From: Dickeya dadantii NCPPB 898
GTDB lineage: Bacteria; Pseudomonadota; Gammaproteobacteria; Enterobacterales; Enterobacteriaceae
Length of the DNA: 32,000 bases
NCBI RefSeq assembly: GCF_000406145.1
Contig: NZ_CM001976.1
Location: 4,641,577 to 4,673,576, forward strand
Direction of reading: 5' to 3'
Position 1 is the stretch's first letter; each line of letters starts with the position of its first letter. Below the pieces are notes generated by a model that was not told the DNA's origin, did no database searches, and saw only the letters and a list, made by a program, of their open reading frames with translations. Both the position numbers and the translations under genes were made by a program. Below, piece after piece: positions 7,014 to 15,100 of the stretch.

Positions 7014-8355
7014 CCCGTTCTCCCAGCGCGCAGGCTAGCAACCGGTACTCACGCAGGAACACCACGGCGTACAGCAGGCTGAACGTCACCATCAGACCGG
7101 CGATCGCCTGCACGTCGTTAAAGTAGCGATGGGCGGTCAGCGCGACCGCCACCATCAGCAGTTCCAGCATCAGCGTGAAAATAAGCACCCGTTTTCCCCG
7201 CTCCATTTGTTCCAGCAGCGTTTGCAGCGCCGCCACCAGCGAGGTAAGGAAGAAAGTCGGCAGCAACAACAACAGCAGCGTCTGGCTGGATTGACGGATC
7301 GCCTCGTCATTGGAAAAACCGGCCAGAATACCGTCGCGCAGCCAGCATACGCCGGCGGTGAGCGCCAGATAGGTCAGCGCGATAAGCCACACGCCATTAT
7401 TCAGCAGGCTCGCCAGCAACGGCGCGGCATGGGTTTTGCGGCGCTGGTTTAGCAGAATAGCGATGGCGGAACCGGTCGCCACCGCCGGAATGATGAAGAA
7501 AGCCCGCAGCTTTATCACGATCAGGAACGCGGGCAAAAATCCCGCCCCCAGCGCGGCCACCAGTGGAAAAATCACCATCGAACTGACGAACACCACCAGC
7601 ATGGAAAAGCCTACCGGCAAGCCGGCGTTGGTCAGCAACGCCAGCAGACGAGACGCGAACGCCTGCGGCCGTTCATCCGCCACCGGTGTGGCGACCCGGC
7701 GCAGCGCCCGCACCGCCAACGGCAGCAGCATCAGCGCCGGAACGCTGTTTGCCAGCAGCACGGCATCAAAACCAAGCCGGTAGACGTGAAAACCCAGGTA
7801 GCAACCCGCGGCGTTCAGCAGCACATAGCCACACATCAGCGTCATGGCCGGCACGGTTCTCCCCTGTCCGCGCAGCGCCGCGTTGCACATTTCCAGCGCC
7901 AGAAACGGCGTCATCGACAACAGATAGCCGGGCGCGGCGTTCTGCATCCACGCCAGATCCGGGCTGTTCATCCAGCCGGACAGCGGCGATGCCAGTACGC
8001 GGCACAACAGCGCCGCCAGCGCCGTCGTCAACACGCCGGCGCCCCCAAGCCACAGCGTACTGTGCCAGATGCGCTGTCGCGGCCAGTCATGACGGGAGCG
8101 GGCGCTAAACACCTGATTGGTGATCGCCAGACATTCCAGAATGGCGATAAACAGGAAGTTAAACGGCTGCAAAAAGGAGAGCGTCAGCAACGTCTGGCTT
8201 TCGGCGCCGTTGCCCAGAATCGCAATCTGCATATTCTGAGACAACGACACCACCACCGCGGTCACCATCATCGGCCAGGCTAACGCCATGATCTGCCGCA
8301 TATCCCCACTCACAGCCGGGGCGGCTCTGGACATCACACGCGAGATCAGGCTCAT
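7000..8355 (-). CDS. vfmC: polytopic membrane exporter, MATE/MOP-superfamily-like (451 aa)
   Basis: The product is hydrophobic throughout, with about 12 predicted TM stretches by eye, and has a MATE-like N-terminus (...IMALAWPMMVTAVVVSLSQ...). I prefer the ATG at 8355 (SD AAGGA 10 nt upstream, 22 nt after the vfmB stop) over the track start at 8409, which overlaps vfmB. Confidence 0.7.
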   Translation of the reverse strand: MSLISRVMSRAAPAVSGDMRQIMALAWPMMVTAVVVSLSQNMQIAILGNGAESQTLLTLSFLQPFNFLFIAILECLAITNQVFSARSRHDWPRQRIWHSTLWLGGAGVLTTALAALLCRVLASPLSGWMNSPDLAWMQNAAPGYLLSMTPFLALEMCNAALRGQGRTVPAMTLMCGYVLLNAAGCYLGFHVYRLGFDAVLLANSVPALMLLPLAVRALRRVATPVADERPQAFASRLLALLTNAGLPVGFSMLVVFVSSMVIFPLVAALGAGFLPAFLIVIKLRAFFIIPAVATGSAIAILLNQRRKTHAAPLLASLLNNGVWLIALTYLALTAGVCWLRDGILAGFSNDEAIRQSSQTLLLLLLPTFFLTSLVAALQTLLEQMERGKRVLIFTLMLELLMVAVALTAHRYFNDVQAIAGLMVTFSLLYAVVFLREYRLLACALGERDAAV

Positions 8356-8377
8356 CGTCCCTATCCTTTTCCGTAAT

Positions 8378-8989
8378 TCAGGCCGCCGCCAGACAACTCG
8401 CCTTGCCATAGACGCTGTAGAGCATCATGGAGAAGTAGGACAGGCTATGGGTATTGCCCAGCAGGAAACCGTGTCCGCCCATCATCTTTTCCGCTTCATT
8501 GTTAAGCTGAGTGATCTGGTAGTGATCATCCTCCAGACCAGCCAGGTCGCCTTCCTGCAAGCGCAGATACTGTTGCTCCAGCAGCAGCGCCGCCTTGCCG
8601 GCCACGTCGGCGAAACTGGCTTTGATCAACTGATGACGGGTGGTTTTGGTGCCGAAGCTGTTGCGGCTGGACAGATGCTGCCAGCTCATGGTCTGTATAC
8701 GGGCCAGCACGCCCAGACGGGCGGCGCACACCAGTATCGGGAAACTGGCCGGCAGCACCAACGTATCCGTACCGCGCACCGCATCCAGACCGAGGTGATT
8801 CAGCACCCGGTCAAACAGGCGCTGTGGCTGGTCGGCGTCAGGCAGGCTGCTGATTTCCTGAATCTGATACCCAATCGGGTGAATGTATCGCGCTTCTCCC
8901 GACGGCGATTGCAACAGACAGGCCAGCGCATCGGGCAACGGCTGCTCCCGAAAGACGTCCCAGACTTGCTTGATGCGCTCAACTGACAT
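8378..8989 (-). CDS. vfmB: hypothetical protein (203 aa), no motif I can assign
   Basis: The ORF sits in the operon frame. I prefer the start MSVERIKQVW at 8989, which overlaps the vfmZ stop (ATGTCAGTTGA). The track start is 9010. The symbol comes from remembered vfmAZBCD order. Confidence 0.65.
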   Translation of the reverse strand: MSVERIKQVWDVFREQPLPDALACLLQSPSGEARYIHPIGYQIQEISSLPDADQPQRLFDRVLNHLGLDAVRGTDTLVLPASFPILVCAARLGVLARIQTMSWQHLSSRNSFGTKTTRHQLIKASFADVAGKAALLLEQQYLRLQEGDLAGLEDDHYQITQLNNEAEKMMGGHGFLLGNTHSLSYFSMMLYSVYGKASCLAAA

Positions 8990-9245
8990 GCCGCACCTCC
9001 TGCAACACATTGTCGTTCAGCCAGCTAATCAGGCTGCCCACGGTGGTGAAGGCATCCATGTTGATTTGGTCAGGATCGAACAGCAGCCCGTCGATGCTAT
9101 CTTCAAGCGTCAGCAAAAATTGCACGAACATCACCGAGTCCAGGTCGAGGTCATGATCAAAATCCGTTTTTTCATTGATCTTGATGTCGTCATTCTCCAT
9201 GACTTCGCGTAACGCCTGTTGAATAGTGATTAATAACGCAGACAT
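8979..9245 (-). CDS. vfmZ: stand-alone acyl/peptidyl carrier protein (88 aa)
   Basis: It has the carrier-protein motif DHDLDLDSVMFVQFL, with Ser as the phosphopantetheine site. The preferred ATG at 9245 is preceded by AGGAGA and lies 13 nt after the vfmA stop. The track start is 9269. Confidence 0.8.
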   Translation of the reverse strand: MSALLITIQQALREVMENDDIKINEKTDFDHDLDLDSVMFVQFLLTLEDSIDGLLFDPDQINMDAFTTVGSLISWLNDNVLQEVRHVS

Positions 9246-9258
9246 GTCTGTCTCCTGT

Positions 9259-10191
9259 TTAAATATCAATTTGCTGTATCAGCGCGCAGGAAAGCGTGAC
9301 CCCCATTCCCATCGAAAAACAAAAATAATTTTTCGCGCGACCGGTTGTAGTTTTCATTAGTGAAGAAAAATTAAATAAAACGTCCGAACAATACAGATGC
9401 CCATAATCAGAAACCTGCTGACTGAATAAGCGATCGCCCATATTCAGACGTTGCGCCATCTGACGTAATAATGGGAAATTAAGATTGCAGGGGACAAAAT
9501 AATCCACCTCATCCATGCCTATGCCGCTGTCCCCGACGGCATCGACAATAAAACGGCACAGTTCATCCAGCAGGCAGCCGTTCAATTCCGCTTTTTCCTG
9601 CCGGGTCATATTGCTCGGATTGTTATAAAAACGGCTCAGGTGCCTGACCGCCGTAAACGTCACCCGCCAGCGACTGTTCGCCGCATTGAAGAGCGCCGCC
9701 ACCGGCAGTTCTCCCTGTACGCCGACCGTGAAGCGGTTGATTTCAGGGTGAAACGCCTTCTCTCCCGTCAACAACAGCACCGGCTGGTTCCGTCGAACCG
9801 CGCTATGCCGCACCAGATGCAACGCCGACAGCGCGCCGGCACAGTGATTCAGCCCCAACGTCGTGACGTCCCAGCGCCCCAGCCGCTGGCGATGCAGGAT
9901 GTCGTCCAGCCAGCGGCGGTCAAAGAAGGTGTTGTGCGTCTGCGTCCTGGCATAGATCAGCAGCCCCTCCTGAGAAGGCAGCATCGGCCAGCTATCAACC
10001 AGCCCCGCCACCACCGACTCCAGCATCGCCTGATGGCAATCGGAGCGCATCGGCACCGTCTTCAGTTGATACAGCTTTTCCATCATGCGGCGCTGCCCTT
10101 CCCGCAGCCGATGCGAGTCCCCCAGTTCTCCCAGGGGAAAACGCCGGATGTGTTCCGGCGCTTCATGATGAATGTCATTAAGGCAAAACAT
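9259..10191 (-). CDS. vfmA: KAS III (FabH)-like thiolase-fold enzyme with a divergent active site; the start is ambiguous (10191 preferred, the open frame extends to GTG 10317)
   Basis: By eye it aligns to FabH: LGLNHCAGALSAL matches the Cys motif AACAGF. VDYFVPCNLNFPLL sits at the PHQAN position and SDYGHLYCSD at the GNTSAAS position. The ATG at 10191 has SD GGAGA 6-7 nt upstream. Upstream in-frame starts lack an SD and run through a 9-bp repeat. Confidence 0.75.
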   Translation of the reverse strand: MFCLNDIHHEAPEHIRRFPLGELGDSHRLREGQRRMMEKLYQLKTVPMRSDCHQAMLESVVAGLVDSWPMLPSQEGLLIYARTQTHNTFFDRRWLDDILHRQRLGRWDVTTLGLNHCAGALSALHLVRHSAVRRNQPVLLLTGEKAFHPEINRFTVGVQGELPVAALFNAANSRWRVTFTAVRHLSRFYNNPSNMTRQEKAELNGCLLDELCRFIVDAVGDSGIGMDEVDYFVPCNLNFPLLRQMAQRLNMGDRLFSQQVSDYGHLYCSDVLFNFSSLMKTTTGRAKNYFCFSMGMGVTLSCALIQQIDI

Positions 10192-10240
10192 GCCGGTCTC
10201 CGATGAAGCTCGCACGGTTACCGTCCCCATGTCGCACAAA

Positions 10241-10290
10241 ACGCTCATGACGCTCATGACGCTCATGACGCTCATGACGCTCATGACGCT
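10241..10290. repeat. 9-bp tandem repeat (ACGCTCATG) x5.5
   Basis: Read directly from lines 10241-10290. On the minus strand it reads (ATGAGCGTC)n, encoding MSV repeats in frame with vfmA. Each unit contains the palindrome TCATGA. Confidence 0.95.
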
Positions 10291-10431
10291 AATAGTGAAG
10301 CTATGTCGCAGCAACACCGTTCATGACCCATGATCGAACGCAGTCAATCTACAGACACTTTGCCAAAAAACGAGTTTTGTTTTTATCCGCAGTTGCCGCC
10401 GCCTTGTTTTCAGAACGCTTTTATCTCAAAA

Positions 10432-10503
10432 ATGGGATTAATGCGCTAAAACATGGGATTGTGTCGACAAAACAGCAAAAAAATCGGTTTGATAATGGGA
10501 CGA
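10432..10503 (-). promoter_or_regulatory. Candidate vfm box upstream of vfmA: phased ATGGGA(T/C) motifs at 10432, 10453 and 10495
   Basis: The minus strand reads AATCCCATGTTT (10461-10450) and AATCCCATT (10440-10432), 21 bp apart. TAATGGGACGA (10493-10503) is identical to 5105-5115 and lies a further 42 bp away. Confidence 0.4.
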
Positions 10504-10504
10504 C

Positions 10505-10537
10505 GCAGAAAAGCGCGCGGGGCATCCCCCGCGCGCG
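10505..10537 (-). terminator. Rho-independent terminator of indC
   Basis: A perfect 10-bp stem, GCGCGCGGGG (10513-10522) with CCCCGCGCGC (10527-10536), has a 4-nt loop. It is followed on the minus strand by CTTTTCTG. It lies 15 nt after the indC stop. Confidence 0.75.
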
Positions 10538-10551
10538 TTATGCCGACAGTC

Positions 10552-13500
10552 TCATCCCACCAGGCTGGGAGGTGATTGTTGATACTGGATGACGCTAGTC
10601 AGTTCGTCGATCCCTGGCGCTTTCAGCATGCTGTAGTGATCCGCCATCAGCTCCAGCACCGTGGGCGGCTGGGCGGAAAACCCGCCGTGATTCTCAATAA
10701 ACGAGTAATCATCGCCCTGCGCCTTGATGATGGTTACCGGCGCATTCAGTTGCCGCTGCTGTAGCTCGCTGAAGGTATAGGTGAACTCGAAGGTTTGCGC
10801 CACAATGCGGGTGATCCGCCGTACCAGCCCGTCATCCAGCGCCGGGTTGAGCCCGGTGATAAAGGCCACAAAGCTCCCCTCGTCGCGTACCGTTTCCAGA
10901 CAGCGCTCCAGTTCCGGGTCGGTAATACTGCCGATAAATACCGAGAACAGGATGGTCAAATAACCGGGGTTATCAAAATCCGCCTTACGGTTCATGGCGG
11001 CCACCCGCTCATCGCGCAGTTTCGGCGAACCGGGCGCCAACAGGTACAAGTTTTCCACCACCTCGCCCGCCAGCTCCAGTTGCCAGGCGGTTTCGAACGC
11101 GACGCGCGCGCCGAAAGAGTAGCCCCACAGCGTATAAGGCCCGTGCGGCTGGTGCTGGCGAATTAGCTCAATATCTCTGGCCGCCATCTCGCCGATGGTG
11201 GCGTAAGGCGTCTCGTCCGGATTGATGCCGTGCGCCTGAATGCCAAAGAATGGTCGCTCCGCGCCCAGTTGGCGCGCCAGCAGCCGCAGGTTCATGCAGT
11301 AACCGCCCAGACCCGGCCAGCAGTAGATTGGCGCCTGACGCCCTTTGGGCTGCAACTGAACCAGACGGGACACCGGTTCCTGACGCGCGCGGCTCAGCCA
11401 CGCCGCCAGTTTTTCAACGGTGGGCGCCTGAAACAGCACCTGCAGCGGCAGGCTGGCGTTCAGCGTCGCATTCAGCTCATTGATCAGGCTGACGGCGATC
11501 AGCGAGTTACCGCCCGATTCGAAGAAATTGTCATCCACCGACATCTCCTCGCGTTTCAGTTTCGCCTGCCAGATAGCCATGACCTGATGTTCCAATGGGT
11601 TACGGGGCGCGACGATCGTTTTGTGCTTCAGTTCGACATTAATATTCGCCAGCGCTTTCATGTCGATTTTGCCGTTTGCCGTTAGCGGCATCTCATCAAG
11701 AATCAGCACTTTGTTCGGCATCATGTAATCCGGCATGAACGCCGCCAGGTCGTCACGAATCATCTCCGCCGGCCCTTTCATGTGCACGGCGTCTTCCCTC
11801 ATGCCCTCGCTGTATTTCTGCTCGTCGCTGATGCGCCCGCCAATAAAGAAATAATATGGCCCGGTACGATGACCGAGAATCTGCCAGAAGCGGCGGGCGG
11901 CGGGTAGATCGTTGCCGGTTTCCGAGCTGTAACCGGAAGACATCAGCCCGATATTCAGGGGGTTCATCTGCAAGCGCTGCAGTTTACGCCCCACATGCAC
12001 GTACCCGGCCCAGCCTTCGGTCCGACTGGCGACGCTGATGCCGAACGACGAGCGCTCATACACCGCCTGATTGATGGCGATAACATGTTTCTTATCAATG
12101 ACGTCATCGGCAATGTGCTGCAGGTCGCCGCGAACGTAGCGGTACGTTCCAACCGGCAGGTCGGCGATGTTCGTACCGGCGGTCTGCACGTAAATATCCA
12201 GATCGTCATCCGCCGGCAAACGCGGCCCGGACAGCACATCGCAGGCACCCAGATAGTCATCGTCCGGGTTAATGGCCAGCGGCGTCGGATCCAGCGCCGC
12301 GGCGTCGCACAGCGCCACGCCCAGGCCATAATCCGGCAGGATGATATCCAGCATGCCGATGATGTGCCCCATCTCCATTTGCAACACTTCCCGAATGTTA
12401 TTTTTGTAGATGGGTTCAATCGCGCTCTTCTTGCCGACAAAGTGTAGCCGCAGGCTGCCCGGCGTCACCGCTGCCTGCTCGCTGACCCGCACCAGTTGGT
12501 GATGCACCGGCTGATAATAGTAATGCCCGGCGGTCAGCCCGGCCACGCCGTTCAGTTCCAGAAAAACCTGGGTGGCATACAGCGCGCCCGGCGAAGCGTA
12601 GGTATATTTGGGCAGCAGCCGCTCCGCGCTGGTGAACTGGCCCAGATAACGCAGCCAGTGCCCCAGTTCATCCAGCGTCAGAGCATCCGGCCGGCGCGAA
12701 ATGGCCGTCAGCAGCGGCTCATGCAGCAGCGACAGAATATCGTCACGGCTCACGGCGCCGCCGTCGTAAAACCGATAGGTCTTGCGGGAAAACGCGGTGA
12801 GGCGCTGTTTCTCATCCGGCTGCTTGCCCGGCAAATCGAGGGTATACGGCTGGCTGGCGGCCGGAAACTCCCGGCAGCCTTTATTCGCCAGCTGCAACAT
12901 CACCTGTGCCTTATCGGCTTTGGACTGATGGTGTGAACCGTGATTGCCCTGATCCATCAGCGCCGCTTCGCGGGCATTCAGTTCAATAAACGAAATCAGG
13001 TTCTGATAGCCGGTAAACGGATCGTTCCTGACGATCACCGCCGCCGCTTTCACCCACTCATGGGTTTCTATCGCCGAGCGGATCTCATCCAGCTCGACGC
13101 GATAACCGCGCAGCTTGACCTGATTGTCGGCACGGCCGGCGTACTGGACCGTGCCATCGGGATTCCAGCTGGCGATATCGCCGGTCTGGTACAAACGCCG
13201 CCCGGAGCCGGCCGGCGCGAACGGATCGACGATGAAACGCTCGGCGGTCAGGTCATCACGATTCAGATAGCCTCTCGCCACCCCGTCGCCGCCGATATAC
13301 AGCTCCCCGATTTGCCCGACGGCGACCGGCGTCAGGCAGTTATCCAGTATGTAATAACGGGTATTCGCCACCGGCGCGCCGATGGACAGCGTATCCGGCC
13401 CCTGCCGCACGCTGACTGGGTCAACCCGGAAAGCGGAACTGTTGATGGTGCATTCGGTCGGGCCGTACAAATTAATGAGTTCGCAATCGGGCAGCGTCTC

Positions 13501-15018
13501 CAGACACGCCTGCGCCAGGTGCTTTTGCAGCGCTTCGCCGCCGCTGAAAATCTGCCTCAGCGCCGGGCAATGCGTTAGACGTTCGGTGTCCAGCAGCGCC
13601 TGCAACAGCGTCGGCACGCACTGCAGCGTGGTCACCCGATACTCCGCCAGCATGTCCACCAGTTGTTCCGGATTCCGGTACACGCCCGGTTCGCCCATCA
13701 CCACCCGGCAACCGCAGGCTGGCGACAGAATTTCCCACTGTGCCGCGTCAAAGCTCATCGGCGTTTTCTGCAGAATCACCGTCTCAGCATTCAGCCCAAC
13801 GGTTTGCGCCAGCCAGTTCATCTGATTCAGCACGCTATGATGTTCAATCATCACGCCTTTCGGCTTGCCGGTGCTGCCGGAGGTATAAATCACATAGGCC
13901 AGATGATGCGGTGCGATATCGTTCTGCGGCGCGTCGGGCAGGGAGTGAGCGTGCTGCCGCATAAACGCATCGACATCGTCCGACGTCACCACCTGAATTC
14001 CCGGCGGAGCCAGCGCCAGCAGCCGCTCGCGCAAATGGGGCTGGGTAACGATGATACGGGTTTGGCTGTTCTCCAGCATATAAGCCAGCCGATCTTCCGG
14101 GTATCCCGGCGACAACGGCAGATAGACGTTGCCGGACAGCAGGATCCCCCAGACGCCGGTCATTAGCGCCAGCGACGGCTCGACAAATAACCCCACGCAA
14201 CGCTCGCGCTCCGTCTCCAGCGCATTCAGGTAGTGCGCCAGCGCGCCCGCCTGCTGGTAGAGCTGCCGATAACTTAGCGTCTCATCGCGAAACACCACCG
14301 CGGTCTGTTCCGGATGGCGTTGCGCCCGGTTCTTCAGCCTTGCGGCGACGGTCGTTTCTCCGTCCCACGCCTGTTCGGTCTGGTTAAAGGCGTGCAGCAC
14401 GCGTTGGCGCTCTGCATCGTCAATCAACCCGATATCGCGCAGCGTTTCTGCGCCGTTTTTTGCGGCTGACGCCGTTATCTGGCGCCATACCTCCGGCAGT
14501 TTTTGCATCTGCGTCGCACTGAAACGGGCCGGGTTAAACCGCAGCGTCAGCACAAGCGCGTCTTCGCGACTGGCAACATGGCATGTCAGCGCCTGAACCG
14601 GTTCGCTTTCTACCGGCGGCTGCCAGGATATTTCCAGGTCAAAGATATCGTGAAGCGCATGTTGCGGACCCAGCGTCAGCACGCTGGCGCCCATAGCATT
14701 TTTCTGATGAATGGCATCCGGCGTCATCCAGGTCATTATTTCGCGAATAAAACCGGCAATAGGCGTTGCGCTATTGAACCGAATATTCAGCGGGAGAATA
14801 TCTTGACGAATACATTCATCATCTTTCCAGCGAGTTATTTCCTGCGGATGTAAATGAAAACCGACAATCATTTCTTCATTTTGAGTAATACGTGATACCG
14901 CCAGCGCCAGGGCAGAAAAAAGATAACGAGCCAGAGCGATGTCGTCATGTTCGGGTAATAATCCTTTATTCAAAACCAATACCGGGTAATTAAATGCGTG
15001 ATTCGAGATGTTATCCAT
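10552..15018 (-). CDS. indC: indigoidine synthase, single-module NRPS (A domain with embedded oxidase, T, TE) plus an N-terminal partial condensation-like region
   Basis: The 1488-aa ORF shows A-domain cores (YVIYTSGSTGKPKGV, NLYGPTE, GELYIGGDGVARGY, YQTGD...GRADNQVKLRGYRVEL). A ~300-aa insert precedes A10 (PLTANGKIDMKAL). The T domain has FFESGGNSLIAV and the TE domain has WGYSFGARVA. SD GAGGA precedes the ATG. It sits in the context of indA, indB and pecSM. Confidence 0.95.
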   Translation of the reverse strand: MDNISNHAFNYPVLVLNKGLLPEHDDIALARYLFSALALAVSRITQNEEMIVGFHLHPQEITRWKDDECIRQDILPLNIRFNSATPIAGFIREIMTWMTPDAIHQKNAMGASVLTLGPQHALHDIFDLEISWQPPVESEPVQALTCHVASREDALVLTLRFNPARFSATQMQKLPEVWRQITASAAKNGAETLRDIGLIDDAERQRVLHAFNQTEQAWDGETTVAARLKNRAQRHPEQTAVVFRDETLSYRQLYQQAGALAHYLNALETERERCVGLFVEPSLALMTGVWGILLSGNVYLPLSPGYPEDRLAYMLENSQTRIIVTQPHLRERLLALAPPGIQVVTSDDVDAFMRQHAHSLPDAPQNDIAPHHLAYVIYTSGSTGKPKGVMIEHHSVLNQMNWLAQTVGLNAETVILQKTPMSFDAAQWEILSPACGCRVVMGEPGVYRNPEQLVDMLAEYRVTTLQCVPTLLQALLDTERLTHCPALRQIFSGGEALQKHLAQACLETLPDCELINLYGPTECTINSSAFRVDPVSVRQGPDTLSIGAPVANTRYYILDNCLTPVAVGQIGELYIGGDGVARGYLNRDDLTAERFIVDPFAPAGSGRRLYQTGDIASWNPDGTVQYAGRADNQVKLRGYRVELDEIRSAIETHEWVKAAAVIVRNDPFTGYQNLISFIELNAREAALMDQGNHGSHHQSKADKAQVMLQLANKGCREFPAASQPYTLDLPGKQPDEKQRLTAFSRKTYRFYDGGAVSRDDILSLLHEPLLTAISRRPDALTLDELGHWLRYLGQFTSAERLLPKYTYASPGALYATQVFLELNGVAGLTAGHYYYQPVHHQLVRVSEQAAVTPGSLRLHFVGKKSAIEPIYKNNIREVLQMEMGHIIGMLDIILPDYGLGVALCDAAALDPTPLAINPDDDYLGACDVLSGPRLPADDDLDIYVQTAGTNIADLPVGTYRYVRGDLQHIADDVIDKKHVIAINQAVYERSSFGISVASRTEGWAGYVHVGRKLQRLQMNPLNIGLMSSGYSSETGNDLPAARRFWQILGHRTGPYYFFIGGRISDEQKYSEGMREDAVHMKGPAEMIRDDLAAFMPDYMMPNKVLILDEMPLTANGKIDMKALANINVELKHKTIVAPRNPLEHQVMAIWQAKLKREEMSVDDNFFESGGNSLIAVSLINELNATLNASLPLQVLFQAPTVEKLAAWLSRARQEPVSRLVQLQPKGRQAPIYCWPGLGGYCMNLRLLARQLGAERPFFGIQAHGINPDETPYATIGEMAARDIELIRQHQPHGPYTLWGYSFGARVAFETAWQLELAGEVVENLYLLAPGSPKLRDERVAAMNRKADFDNPGYLTILFSVFIGSITDPELERCLETVRDEGSFVAFITGLNPALDDGLVRRITRIVAQTFEFTYTFSELQQRQLNAPVTIIKAQGDDYSFIENHGGFSAQPPTVLELMADHYSMLKAPGIDELTSVIQYQQSPPSLVG

Positions 15019-15100
15019 TACAATCCTCGTGCATAAATCAATAAAAATAAATCGAGCGGTTTTATTTCAGGGTAAAGCGCCGTATATAAGATTTAACCTT

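Noticed and set aside
8378-8500. The LGNTHSLS motif near the VfmB C-terminus, which resembles the KAS III GNTSAAS asparagine motif. This raised the idea of a split KAS III (VfmA + VfmB).
   Set aside because: Only a three-residue match (GNT) was found. The rest of VfmB does not align by eye with the FabH C-terminal half. I keep it only as something an HHpred run could revisit.
10323-10592. An 89-aa + ORF between vfmA and indC.
   Set aside because: It runs through the candidate vfm box and the indC terminator hairpin and into the indC 3' end. It has no SD.
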